Origin: an uncultured Rhodobiaceae bacterium
GTDB taxonomy: Bacteria > Pseudomonadota > Alphaproteobacteria > RS24
NCBI GenBank assembly: GCA_964389695.1
Contig: CAYMEP010000001.1
Coordinates: forward strand, 619-64,618
Length of the DNA stretch: 64,000 nt
Reading direction: 5' to 3'
Part shown: in pieces, positions 20,792 to 30,241 of the stretch
How positions within the stretch are numbered: position 1 is the first letter of the stretch
How the letters are laid out: every line of letters starts with the position of its first letter
Translations under genes and position numbers: made by a program
Notes under the pieces: generated by a model
Seen by the model: only the letters and a program-made list of their open reading frames with translations
Databases searched by the model: none
What the model was told of the DNA's origin: nothing

Positions 20792-22655
20792 GAGAAGGGT
20801 TCTTTTTCACATAATGAAGTAACAAAGTTAAAGCAGCAGGAGTAATTCCTCCTATACGAGCCGCCTGTCCTAAAGTTGCCGGCTTTACCTTCGTCAATTT
20901 CTGTCTTATTTCTGTCGATAAACCAGCAAGGTTCATATAATCTATATTTTTAGATAAATGTAAGCCCTCATCACGACTAAATGCTGCAATATCAGACTTT
21001 TGTCGCCCTAAATACCCCGCATATAGCGCATCAACTTCAATTTGTTGAACAATATCCCCACGCCACGTTTTCATTTCAGGCCATATCTGTACCAATTGCT
21101 GCCATTCAATATCAGGGTACCCCAATAAATCCATTATATTTCGCCGCACTCCATCAGAGTTCACCTTTAAACCATGCTTCTGTGCTTGATTGGGCGTTAA
21201 TGTCATTCCTAATGCAAGACTCTTCGCTTCTTTCAAAGCAAGTATTTTATTTTCAAACGCCTGCGCACGCTCTTTTCCAACACAGCCAATAGATAACCCT
21301 AATGGCGTCAACCGTTGATCTGCATTATCTGCACGCAACGTTAACCGATATTCAGCCCTTGCCGTAAACATACGATAAGGCTCACTTGCGCCATGAGTAA
21401 CGAGATCATCGATCATCACTCCGATATACGCATCTGCTCGGTCTAAAACAAAAGGCTCACGATTCCCCTCTGCCTTTAATGCCGCATTAATACCAGCAAC
21501 GACCCCCTGTCCAGCAGCCTCTTCATATCCTGTTGTTCCATTTATTTGCCCAGCAAAAAACAAGCCTTGAATACGCTTTGTTTCTAAACTATGCGAAAGC
21601 TCTCTTGGGTCAATATAATCATACTCAATAGCATAACCAGGACGCTTTATAACAACATTCTCCAACCCTCGCATCGTCTGTATAAACGCTTTCTGTGTAC
21701 CTTCTGGCAACGAGGTAGATATTCCATTAGGGTAAACCGTATCATCATCTAGCCCTTCTGGCTCAAGAAAAATTTGATGCCTGTCTCTTTCAGGGAACCG
21801 CGACACCTTATCTTCTATAGAGGGGCAATATCGCGGCCCAACTCCCAAAATTTGCCCTGAAAACACAGGTGACTGGTCTATATTATCTCTAATAATTTTA
21901 TGTGTTTTTTCATTTGTTCCCGTAATATGACAAATAGTTTGAGGCACTGTAATATTTTTAGTTAAAAAAGAAAATGCTACCGGGGTCACATCACCTGGTT
22001 GCTCAATACATTTTGAGTAATCAATTGTTTTTCCATCTAAACGAGCCGGTGTGCCTGTTTTCAGACGCCCCATTTTAAACTTAAGAGCATAAAGACGTTC
22101 TGACAGTTTCTTTGCAGGCTCTTCGCCAAACCTCCCTGCCATAATACGTTTATTTCCCATATGTATAACACCATCAAGAAAAGTTCCCGTTGTTAAGACA
22201 ACAGCATCTGCCCTATAAACTATAGATTCAGAAGAAATAACGCCCTTAATCTGTTCATCAACAATATACAAATCTTCAACATCTACAGACATTACTTCTA
22301 AATTTTGCATATTCAATATTTTTTCTTGCATAGATTGTCGATATAACCTTCGATCGGCCTGTGCTCTTGGCCCTTGTACTGCCGGTCCTTTTCTAACGTT
22401 TAACAACCGAAATTGTATGCCAGATTTATCAATAACCTGCCCCATTAATCCATCTAACGCATCTATTTCTCGAACTAAATGCCCTTTTCCAATACCTCCA
22501 ATAGCTGGGTTACATGACATTTCTCCAATAGTTTCAATTTTATGCGTTAATAGCAATGTATTTGCACCCATACGTGCGGCGGCAGCGGCGGCTTCACAAC
22601 CAGCATGCCCTCCTCCAATAACAATAACCTCAAAATTATTTTTATCTTTTGACAT
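20784..22655 (-). CDS. mnmG: tRNA uridine-5-carboxymethylaminomethyl synthesis enzyme MnmG (GidA)
   Basis: It has the FAD fold [14 protein letters not shown] and conserved blocks [11 protein letters not shown] and [16 protein letters not shown]. Confidence 0.98.
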   Translation of the reverse strand: MSKDKNNFEVIVIGGGHAGCEAAAAAARMGANTLLLTHKIETIGEMSCNPAIGGIGKGHLVREIDALDGLMGQVIDKSGIQFRLLNVRKGPAVQGPRAQADRRLYRQSMQEKILNMQNLEVMSVDVEDLYIVDEQIKGVISSESIVYRADAVVLTTGTFLDGVIHMGNKRIMAGRFGEEPAKKLSERLYALKFKMGRLKTGTPARLDGKTIDYSKCIEQPGDVTPVAFSFLTKNITVPQTICHITGTNEKTHKIIRDNIDQSPVFSGQILGVGPRYCPSIEDKVSRFPERDRHQIFLEPEGLDDDTVYPNGISTSLPEGTQKAFIQTMRGLENVVIKRPGYAIEYDYIDPRELSHSLETKRIQGLFFAGQINGTTGYEEAAGQGVVAGINAALKAEGNREPFVLDRADAYIGVMIDDLVTHGASEPYRMFTARAEYRLTLRADNADQRLTPLGLSIGCVGKERAQAFENKILALKEAKSLALGMTLTPNQAQKHGLKVNSDGVRRNIMDLLGYPDIEWQQLVQIWPEMKTWRGDIVQQIEVDALYAGYLGRQKSDIAAFSRDEGLHLSKNIDYMNLAGLSTEIRQKLTKVKPATLGQAARIGGITPAALTLLLHYVKKNPSRD

Positions 22656-22721
22656 ACCTAACCTTGTGTAATTTCTTTTATTGTTCTTTTAACGCTAAAA
22701 AGCACTAATATGAAAGGCTTA

Positions 22722-22743
22722 AATTGTTTCACGTGAAACAATT
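22722..22743. other. parS: parS site within a perfect 22-bp palindrome, mnmE/mnmG intergenic
   Basis: The sequence is AATTGTTTCACGTGAAACAATT. The core 22725-22740 is the same 16-mer, TGTTTCACGTGAAACA, as at 20732-20747. The palindrome ends 1 nt from the mnmE stop codon. Confidence 0.85.
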
Positions 22744-22744
22744 G

Positions 22745-24088
22745 TTATTTACCAATACAAAAATCTCGGAAAACAATATCGAGGAGAACTTCAACATCAA
22801 ATTTCCCTGTTATACGACCCAAAGCATGTGCAGCCACACGAATATCTTCTACAATTAATTCAGGGTGTACAAACCCTTTGCTAGGAACAGACTTCAAAGC
22901 CATAAGAACCTCTTCTAATGCTTCCCTATGCCTAGTGCGTGTTAATGCTGGCATTTCACTAACCCCAAACCTTTTCTGAACTTTCTCTTCTAATATGTGA
23001 ATAAATTCATCCATACCCTGTCCTGTTTTAACAGACAAAGAATAAATATTTTTAAAGAAAGGAGTGTTTTCTATATTTTTTGAATCAAGAGAAGAAATAT
23101 CTGCTTTATTTGCCACACAAATATCACCCTCTTGCCACATGTTTTTCATATTATCTAATTCAACGGAGTTAATTTCACGATCAGGAGAAAATACAAAAAT
23201 ACGCATATCTGCTTCTTTCGCTTTTTTGCGTGCCCTTTTAACCCCTTCCTTTTCAATAACTTCTTTTGTTTCTCTTAGCCCCGCCATATCAGATAATAAA
23301 ACAGGAATACCATTTAGGTTTATGCTTATTTCAATGATATCTCGTGTTGTCCCTTCTTGTTCTGTAACAATTACAACATCTTTGTTGGCTAACGCATTCA
23401 AAAGACTAGACTTTCCAACATTTGTTATTCCTGTAATTGCAACTTCTACTCCATCTCTTAAAACTTGCCCTCTTGTATTTTCACTATGATCTTTTATTTC
23501 GTCGCGTAATTGTATAACATCCAATAAAGCTTCTTTACCAATTCCACCTGGTAATTCTTCATCGGCAAATTCTATATCTGCCTCTAAATGAGCTAAAGCT
23601 GTCATTAACTTCTGACGCCATGATTCATATAATTTTCCTAAAGCCCCTCTCATTTGCCTTACGGCTTGTTGTTGTTGCGCATAACTTTGAGCATTAATCA
23701 TATCTGCCACTCCTTCAGCAGATGTAAGGTCCATACGTCCGTTTAAAACAGCCAAACGAGTAAATTCTCCTGCCTGTGCTAACCTAACCCCTTTTTGGGT
23801 CTCTAGTGCGCTTAAAACGCTTTCTATAACAGCTTGTCCTCCATGAAGATGTAGTTCAACCATATCTTCACCTGTATAAGATCGTGAATGTGGAAAAAAC
23901 AATACTAATGCTTCATCTAAAATATCGTCATTTTCTGGATTATATAAAGGAGAGAAATGTGCAAATCTAGCTTTTGGAACAGGAGCCTTTATCAATGTTT
24001 CTAGAATATTTGATGCTTTTTCACCAGAAATACGAACAATCGCGATTGCTCCTTTTCCTTTTGGAGTAGATAAAGCATAAATAGTCAT
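22745..24088 (-). CDS. mnmE: tRNA modification GTPase MnmE (TrmE)
   Basis: It has the G1 motif GITNVGKSSLLNAL and the diagnostic C-terminal FCIGK. Confidence 0.97.
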   Translation of the reverse strand: MTIYALSTPKGKGAIAIVRISGEKASNILETLIKAPVPKARFAHFSPLYNPENDDILDEALVLFFPHSRSYTGEDMVELHLHGGQAVIESVLSALETQKGVRLAQAGEFTRLAVLNGRMDLTSAEGVADMINAQSYAQQQQAVRQMRGALGKLYESWRQKLMTALAHLEADIEFADEELPGGIGKEALLDVIQLRDEIKDHSENTRGQVLRDGVEVAITGITNVGKSSLLNALANKDVVIVTEQEGTTRDIIEISINLNGIPVLLSDMAGLRETKEVIEKEGVKRARKKAKEADMRIFVFSPDREINSVELDNMKNMWQEGDICVANKADISSLDSKNIENTPFFKNIYSLSVKTGQGMDEFIHILEEKVQKRFGVSEMPALTRTRHREALEEVLMALKSVPSKGFVHPELIVEDIRVAAHALGRITGKFDVEVLLDIVFRDFCIGK

Positions 24089-24116
24089 AAAATATCCTCC
24101 AATGAGGTATCTCGTA

Positions 24117-25382
24117 TTATGTATTCATTGAATCAAAAAATTCATCATTACATTTTGTTTGTTTCATTTTCTCTAACAAAAATTCAATTGAATCTACAGT
24201 ACCCATAGGGTTTAAAATACGACGTAATACATATATTTTTGATAGCATTTTTTTATCAATTAATATTTCTTCTTTTCGTGTTCCAGATTTTAATATATCA
24301 ATAGCAGGAAACACACGTTTATCAGATATTTTACGATCTAATACAATTTCAGAATTACCTGTACCTTTAAATTCTTCAAATATGACTTCGTCCATACGAC
24401 TACCCGTATCGATAAGTGCTGTAGAAATGATTGTTAAAGATCCTCCTTCTTCTATATTACGTGCAGCACCGAAGAAACGTTTTGGTCTTTGTAAAGCATT
24501 TGCATCTACTCCACCTGTAAGTACACGTCCCGAAGAAGGAACAACTGTATTATAGGCACGTCCAAGACGTGTAATAGAATCTAGTAAAATAACAACATCA
24601 CGTTTATGTTCTACTAAACGTTTTGCTTTTTCAATTACCATTTCTGCGACTTGAACATGACGAATAGCTGGTTCATCAAATGTAGAATAAACAACTTCTC
24701 CTTTTACAGAACGTTGCATATCTGTAACTTCTTCTGGGCGTTCATCAATCAATAATACAATTAAATAACATTCTGGATGATTTTTAGAGATAGATTTTGC
24801 AATATTTTGCAAAAGAACTGTTTTTCCTGTACGAGGAGGAGCTACTACAAGAGCTCTTTGTCCTTTTCCTAAAGGAGCAACGATATCAATAACTCTATTA
24901 GATTTATCTTTTTCTACTGAATCATTTAATTCCATTAAAAGGCGTTCATCAGGATAAAGAGGCGTTAAATTATCGAAATTTATTTTATTTAAAGATTTGT
25001 CTGTATCTTCATAATTTATTTTATTTACTTTTAATAAAGCAAAATAACGTTCTCCATCTTTTGGCCCTCTAATATCTCCCGTAACAGTATCTCCTGTGCG
25101 TAAAGAGAAACGACGAATTTGTGAAGGACTAATATATATATCATCAGGACCAGGAAGATAATTAGTAGAGAAAGAACGTAAGAAACCAAATCCATCTTGT
25201 AGAATTTCTACTACACCTTCTCCTATAATCTCATATCCTTGTTCAGCACATTCCTGTAAAATAGAAAAAAGAATATCTTGTTTACGCATCGTAGATGCAC
25301 CTTCAACATTATATTGTTTTGCAACTTCTAATAATTCTGTTGGTTTTTTTAGTTTTAAATCTTGTAGTTTTATTTGTTTCAT
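24117..25382 (-). CDS. rho: Transcription termination factor Rho
   Basis: It has an N-terminal RNA-binding domain (GFGFLR), Walker A PPRTGKT and the conserved [17 protein letters not shown]. Confidence 0.98.
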   Translation of the reverse strand: MKQIKLQDLKLKKPTELLEVAKQYNVEGASTMRKQDILFSILQECAEQGYEIIGEGVVEILQDGFGFLRSFSTNYLPGPDDIYISPSQIRRFSLRTGDTVTGDIRGPKDGERYFALLKVNKINYEDTDKSLNKINFDNLTPLYPDERLLMELNDSVEKDKSNRVIDIVAPLGKGQRALVVAPPRTGKTVLLQNIAKSISKNHPECYLIVLLIDERPEEVTDMQRSVKGEVVYSTFDEPAIRHVQVAEMVIEKAKRLVEHKRDVVILLDSITRLGRAYNTVVPSSGRVLTGGVDANALQRPKRFFGAARNIEEGGSLTIISTALIDTGSRMDEVIFEEFKGTGNSEIVLDRKISDKRVFPAIDILKSGTRKEEILIDKKMLSKIYVLRRILNPMGTVDSIEFLLEKMKQTKCNDEFFDSMNT

Positions 25383-25463
25383 AGATTTACAATCAAACTT
25401 GTTTAAAAAAATATATATATGAGGGAAAAAGAACTGTAATACTTATACGTAAATTTACTTATA

Positions 25464-25916
25464 TTATAAAAATGGTTTTATAACAACCATTAACACAATA
25501 ATTATTGTTAAAATAGGAGGTATTTCATTTATAATTCTAAAGAATCTACTTGTTTTTGGTGTTTTTCCTAATAAGAATTTTTTATGCCAAGAAATAAGAA
25601 GAATTTGATAGATAAAAAGTATAAAAACACATAATAATTTTATAAACATCCATATTGGAACAGGTAAAAAAATTATTGAAATATAAAATAATAATAATCC
25701 TAGAAATAAAGTTAATAACATTGAAGGTATTAAAATAAAATTTATTAACTTTTTTTCCATTATTTCAAAAATTTTTATAGGGTTATTATTTTCGTAACTT
25801 TCTGCATGATAAACAAAAATACGCGGAAGATAATATAGTCCTCCCATCCAAAACATAACAAATATAATATGTAATGCTTTCAAGAAAGATTGATAATTAC
25901 CTATCCATTCATTCAT
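25464..25916 (-). CDS. hemJ: Protoporphyrinogen oxidase HemJ (UPF0093 family)
   Basis: A 150-aa membrane protein with LKALHIIFVMFWMGGLYYLPRIFVYH, in the conserved position between hemE and rho. Confidence 0.8.
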   Translation of the reverse strand: MNEWIGNYQSFLKALHIIFVMFWMGGLYYLPRIFVYHAESYENNNPIKIFEIMEKKLINFILIPSMLLTLFLGLLLFYISIIFLPVPIWMFIKLLCVFILFIYQILLISWHKKFLLGKTPKTSRFFRIINEIPPILTIIIVLMVVIKPFL

Positions 25917-25918
25917 AT

Positions 25919-26941
25919 TTATGTTCCATAATTTCTAATAATATTTAAAAGATATTCTACATTTTTTATGGGTGTTTTAGGTAGAATACCATGACCAAGA
26001 TTAAAAATATGTCTACGTCCTTCCATAATTTTTAGTATTGAGTGAACCTCTTTTTCTAAATTATGTTCTTCTTCTAATAATATTTTATTACTTAAATTAC
26101 CTTGTAAAACTATATTTTCATCTATTTGATTTACAAGCCATTCCAAAGAAACACTTTCATCAACACTTATTCCATTAACTTCTGTAATAGTAGAAAAATC
26201 TTTATATAGATTTCCAATACCTCTGGGGAAGCCAATAATCGGGACAGTTACATTTTTTTCTCTTAATTTTTTTACAATAATTTTGATAGGTTCAAGACAA
26301 AAATCTTCATAATTTTTATAAGAAAGTGATCCTGCCCAAGAATCAAATAATTGTAAAACTTCTGCACCAGCTTCTACTTGTTTTTCTAAATAAGAAACTG
26401 TATTTTCTATTAAAATATCAATAATTTTTTTAAATGCTTTTCTATCATTTTTCATTAATTCTAATGCAGGTTCTTGTCCAGCAGTAGATCTTCCAGCAAT
26501 CATATAAGAAGCAACAGTCCAAGGGGCTCCTGCAAATCCAATTAAACTAGTTTCTTTAGGTAAACTTATTTTTAATTTTTCAATAGTTTTATAAACTGGA
26601 TCTAGTATTTCATGTATATTTTTTTTTTCTAATTCATCTATATTTTTAATAATATTTAATCTAGGTCCTTCTCCTTCTACAAACCAAAGATTTTGTCCCA
26701 TTGCATTAGGAAGAAGAAGAATATCTGCAAATAATATTGCAGCATCAAAATTAAATCTTCTTATTGGTTGTAAAGTAATTTCAGTTGCATAATCTGGATT
26801 GTAACATAGTTTTAAGAAACCTCCTGATTTTTTTCTTAATTCTCTATATTCAGGAAGATATCGTCCTGCTTGTCTCATAAGCCATATAGGAGGAATTTGA
26901 TTTATATTTTTTTCGTAGAAAACGGAAAGTAGATTTTTCAT
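25919..26941 (-). CDS. hemE: Uroporphyrinogen decarboxylase
   Basis: It carries PIWLMRQAGRYLPEY, the AILFADILLLP block and the C-terminal FNLGHGILP. Confidence 0.93.
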   Translation of the reverse strand: MKNLLSVFYEKNINQIPPIWLMRQAGRYLPEYRELRKKSGGFLKLCYNPDYATEITLQPIRRFNFDAAILFADILLLPNAMGQNLWFVEGEGPRLNIIKNIDELEKKNIHEILDPVYKTIEKLKISLPKETSLIGFAGAPWTVASYMIAGRSTAGQEPALELMKNDRKAFKKIIDILIENTVSYLEKQVEAGAEVLQLFDSWAGSLSYKNYEDFCLEPIKIIVKKLREKNVTVPIIGFPRGIGNLYKDFSTITEVNGISVDESVSLEWLVNQIDENIVLQGNLSNKILLEEEHNLEKEVHSILKIMEGRRHIFNLGHGILPKTPIKNVEYLLNIIRNYGT

Positions 26942-27012
26942 AATATTTTGTAATCTTTCTTCTATAGTATTAAATATATTAAATAGAAGTAGTTGTAGTG
27001 TAATGGAATTTC

Positions 27013-27021
27013 AGTGGATAA
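27013..27021 (-). promoter_or_regulatory. DnaA-box-like site (TTATCCACt, 8/9 to TTATCCACA)
   Basis: The plus strand reads AGTGGATAA. Weaker relaxed matches are TGTGTAAAA at 27214-27222 and TAATTCACA at 27301-27309. Confidence 0.5.
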
Positions 27022-27143
27022 TTTTTTTTTATAGACTTATTAAAAATAGAATACATACTTTTATTTAAAAGTAATTATAAAGTTATTCCATAAATTTATT
27101 TTTCTGTTTAATATCATGTTCTTACATATAGATGAATTACGTT

Positions 27144-27157
27144 AATTATGTTAATAA
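27144..27157 (-). repeat. oriC repeat copy A (inverted), core TTATTAACATAATT
   Basis: The plus strand AATTATGTTAATAA is the reverse complement of the 14-bp core. With copy B it forms a 14-bp inverted repeat separated by 13 bp. Confidence 0.8.
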
Positions 27158-27166
27158 AAACTTTTA

Positions 27167-27190
27167 CTTTTTATTAACATAATTCATATG
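27167..27190 (+). repeat. oriC repeat copy B (CTTTTTATTAACATAATTCATATG)
   Basis: It contains the 14-bp core at 27171-27184 and is 21/24 identical to copy C. Confidence 0.8.
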
Positions 27191-27287
27191 GTGTTACTTT
27201 AACTTTATTAAAGTGTGTAAAAAGTATATAATAATAAACTTATTATGGGTATAATTATTATTCATTTTAATAAAATGTACTGTTATG

Positions 27288-27311
27288 CTTGTTATTAACA
27301 TAATTCACATT
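27288..27311 (+). repeat. oriC repeat copy C (CTTGTTATTAACATAATTCACATT)
   Basis: It contains the 14-bp core at 27292-27305, lies 121 bp downstream of copy B, and ends 26 nt before the DUF299 gene start. Confidence 0.8.
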
Positions 27312-27337
27312 AATGATTTAGACTAAAGCTTTTTATA

Positions 27338-28186
27338 ATGGAAAAAACTTTTCATATCTATTTAGTATCTGATGGTACAGGAGAAACGATTAATGCTATA
27401 TCTCGTGCAGTATGTGCAAGGTTTAATAATATAAAAGAAATTGAACATTATTATGGCTTAGTGAGGTCTCCAAAACAATTAGAACGTGTGATAAAAGATA
27501 TAAAATTAATACCAGGGCCTGTTTTGTTTAGTATAATTGACCAAGACTTATCTTCTGAATTACAAAAGATATGTAAATTTCTTGAAGTACCCTGTATTTC
27601 TGTTTTAGACTCTTTTATAAATACTCTAGGTAATTATCTTAATGTTGAGATAAAAGGACAAGCAGGAATACAACATAAACTTTCACAAGAATATTTTAAT
27701 CGTATTGATGCGCTTAATTTTGCGATTACTCATGATGATGGACAAAATCAAGATAATTTGAAAAATGCAGATATTGTTTTAGTGGGAGTAAGTAGAACGT
27801 CTAAAACACCTACTTGTATGTATTTAGCAAATCGTGGAATAAAAGTTGCGAATGTTCCTTTTATACGTAATAATAGTGCGTCTACCAAAAGTTTTGAGAC
27901 GTTAAAAGGGCCTTTGATTATAGGCTTAACGGTTTCTTCTGATCGTTTACGTCAAATTCGTAAAAATCGTTTACTATCTCTTCACGAAGAAACAGAAACA
28001 GACTATGTAGACTTAGATATGCTAAAATTAGAAACATCAGAAGCAAGACGTTTCTTTCTAAGGAATCATTGGCCAATTATTGATGCTTCTCGTCGTTCTA
28101 TTGAAGAAACCTCAACGACTATTTTGAATATTTATCAAGACTGGAAAAGAAAAAAGAAAAATGACTTCGTTAATTCAGAATATTAA
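27338..28186 (+). CDS. Pyruvate,phosphate dikinase / PEP synthase regulatory protein (DUF299 kinase/pyrophosphorylase)
   Basis: It has the P-loop GVSRTSKTP and the family N-terminus IYLVSDGTGET. It is the homologue of the RP001/CC0001 gene that flanks alphaproteobacterial origins. Confidence 0.9.
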   Translation: MEKTFHIYLVSDGTGETINAISRAVCARFNNIKEIEHYYGLVRSPKQLERVIKDIKLIPGPVLFSIIDQDLSSELQKICKFLEVPCISVLDSFINTLGNYLNVEIKGQAGIQHKLSQEYFNRIDALNFAITHDDGQNQDNLKNADIVLVGVSRTSKTPTCMYLANRGIKVANVPFIRNNSASTKSFETLKGPLIIGLTVSSDRLRQIRKNRLLSLHEETETDYVDLDMLKLETSEARRFFLRNHWPIIDASRRSIEETSTTILNIYQDWKRKKKNDFVNSEY

Positions 28187-28763
28187 ACCTCCTCTTATAC
28201 TTGCTTCTAGCAGTGAAATACGTGCAAATATTCTAAGACAGGCGGGTATAGAGTTTTCTATATGTCCTACGGGCATTAATGAATCTCATTTGAAGAATGC
28301 ATTAGGTAAGCAAGGAGAAAAACTTTGTATCTCCTTGGCAATTGAGAAGGCAAAATCGTTGAACAAAAAGGCATTTGTTCTTGGAGCAGACCAAGTGCTA
28401 ATTTGTGACGATAAACTTTATGAAAAGCCAAAGAATATTGTAGAAGTGAAAGAAAACTTGAAAGCACTTAAAGGAAAGACACATCATTTATTTAGCGGGT
28501 TGGCTTTATATAATTCTGGAGAATTGCTTTGGAGTTTCAGTGACATAGCATCTTTAACCATGAGAGACTTTTCTGATAAATTCTTGGATTCCTATTTATT
28601 GCAATATGGTCATAATGTTCTATCCTCAGTAGGAGGGTACCAGTTGGAATCTGGAGGTGTTCATTTGTTCGAGAGCATTAAAGGAGATTATTTTACAATT
28701 TTAGGATTACCCCTACTGCCCTTATTGTCTATATTACGTAAACATAATATAATAATAACATGA
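28161..28763 (+). CDS. maf: Maf-like nucleoside triphosphate pyrophosphatase
   Basis: It has the LILASSSEIRANIL N-terminus and GGYQLES...GDYFTILGLPL. Confidence 0.9.
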   Translation: MTSLIQNIKPPLILASSSEIRANILRQAGIEFSICPTGINESHLKNALGKQGEKLCISLAIEKAKSLNKKAFVLGADQVLICDDKLYEKPKNIVEVKENLKALKGKTHHLFSGLALYNSGELLWSFSDIASLTMRDFSDKFLDSYLLQYGHNVLSSVGGYQLESGGVHLFESIKGDYFTILGLPLLPLLSILRKHNIIIT

Positions 28764-29596
28764 CTTATAGAGCGGGTATTATTGGATTTCCGGTGGCACA
28801 ATCACGTTCACCTTACATCCATGAGTTTTGGTTGCAGAAACATGGCATTAAGGGGTCTTATGAAAAATTTGATGTTGCGCCAGATAATTTTGAGTCTTTT
28901 GTGCGCCATTTGTGTCAAACGGGATATTCAGGGGTTAATATAACAATTCCTCACAAAGAATCTGCTTTTAGAATTTCAGATGATTCTGATGAATTAGCAA
29001 CAATGCTACAAGCCTCTAACACATTGATTTTTAATGATAAGAAAATAATCGCTAGAAATACAGACGGTATGGGGTTTATCTCTGGGCTTAAAAAACAAAG
29101 TAATTTATGTGCGGAATGGTATTTAAAGCCTGCTTTGATCCTAGGTGCGGGAGGTGCTGCAAAGGCAATCGTTTTTGCTTTGGCAAAGGCTGGCGTGCAA
29201 GAAATTCGTATGGCGAACCGCTCTATTGAAAAAATTAAATCTTTTGAATTATTGTTGAAAAATACGAAAACAAAACTAGTAACTGTTGAATGGGATCAAC
29301 GTGAATTTGTACAGGAAGATATTGGCTTGTTGGTAAATACAACGAGTCTTGGTATGGTAGGGAAACCGGAATTGATAATGGATTTGTCTTTATTGGCTCA
29401 CGATGCGGTTGTTTATGATATTGTTTATGTGCCCCTAGAGACCTCATTGTTGGCACAGGCTCGGAAGAAAGGGCATATTTGTGTAGATGGTTTGGCAATG
29501 TTATTACACCAAGCTTCACCGGGGTTTGAGGCTTGGTCTGGGGTATATCCTGAGGTTACAGATTCTTTGAAGCATCATGTGTTAGGCACTTTTTAG
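28760..29596 (+). CDS. aroE: Shikimate dehydrogenase
   Basis: It carries IGFPVAQSRSPYIH, NITIPHK, NTDG and the NADP fold LGAGGAAKA. Confidence 0.9.
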   Translation: MTYRAGIIGFPVAQSRSPYIHEFWLQKHGIKGSYEKFDVAPDNFESFVRHLCQTGYSGVNITIPHKESAFRISDDSDELATMLQASNTLIFNDKKIIARNTDGMGFISGLKKQSNLCAEWYLKPALILGAGGAAKAIVFALAKAGVQEIRMANRSIEKIKSFELLLKNTKTKLVTVEWDQREFVQEDIGLLVNTTSLGMVGKPELIMDLSLLAHDAVVYDIVYVPLETSLLAQARKKGHICVDGLAMLLHQASPGFEAWSGVYPEVTDSLKHHVLGTF

Positions 29597-29605
29597 GAAA
29601 AAATT

Positions 29606-30241
29606 ATGTTACTCATTGGTTTAACGGGGTCAATTGCAGTGGGAAAAACAACGGTAGCGAAGCTGTTTTCTCATGAGTCTATCTCTGTTTATGATGCAGA
29701 TTCTATGCTGCATGAACTATATGCAAAAGGTGGTAAGGCGGTTCAAGCGATACAAGAGCGATTTCCAGAAGCAATTATAGAAGGTTGCGTTGATCGTGCC
29801 CGTTTGTCAGACTATGTTATTGCCGATCTAAATTGTTTGGCTGAGATTGAATCAATAACCCACCCTTTATTATACGATAGTAAGGTTAAGTTTTTGCAAG
29901 AACAATCCAACGCTAATGCTAAAATGGTTGTTTTGGATATTCCTCTTTTATTTGAAACACAAACCCAAAATAGTGTGGATGTGGTTATTGTTGTTGATGC
30001 TACTTATAAACTACAAAGAGAAAGAGCTCTAGAGCGCCCTTTTATGACAGAAGAAAAACTATCTATAATCTTAGGAAAGCAGGTGCCACAGGAAGAAAAA
30101 TGTAAAAAAGCAGATTTTATTGTAGATAATTCTGGCTCTGTTGAAAATACACATAGGCAAGTGCGAGAAATTATCTTATCTTTACGTAAGAAGAAAGCGA
30201 GAATGTGGCTGTCAGATCAATATAATGAAGTGAGAATGTAG
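29606..30241 (+). CDS. coaE: Dephospho-CoA kinase
   Basis: It has the P-loop IGLTGSIAVGKTT and DIPLLFE. Confidence 0.9.
   Translation: MLLIGLTGSIAVGKTTVAKLFSHESISVYDADSMLHELYAKGGKAVQAIQERFPEAIIEGCVDRARLSDYVIADLNCLAEIESITHPLLYDSKVKFLQEQSNANAKMVVLDIPLLFETQTQNSVDVVIVVDATYKLQRERALERPFMTEEKLSIILGKQVPQEEKCKKADFIVDNSGSVENTHRQVREIILSLRKKKARMWLSDQYNEVRM

Larger units (their letters stand above)
26942..27337. other. oriC: Probable chromosomal replication origin (oriC)
   Basis: This is the longest and most AT-rich spacer in the window (8-12 G+C per 60 nt in four spot counts). It lies between divergent hemE and the DUF299-maf-aroE-coaE-dnaQ block, which is the conserved alphaproteobacterial origin context. 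It contains DnaA-box-like sites, a T9 tract and repeats. Gene orientation and G/C skew both diverge here. Confidence 0.75.

Noticed and set aside
26942-27337. CtrA binding sites (TTAA-N7-TTAA) and CcrM GANTC methylation sites in the putative origin.
   Set aside because: I listed every TTAA in the spacer and found no pair with 7-nt spacing; only N5 spacing occurs, three times. I also saw no GANTC. I therefore do not claim CtrA or CcrM control of this origin.
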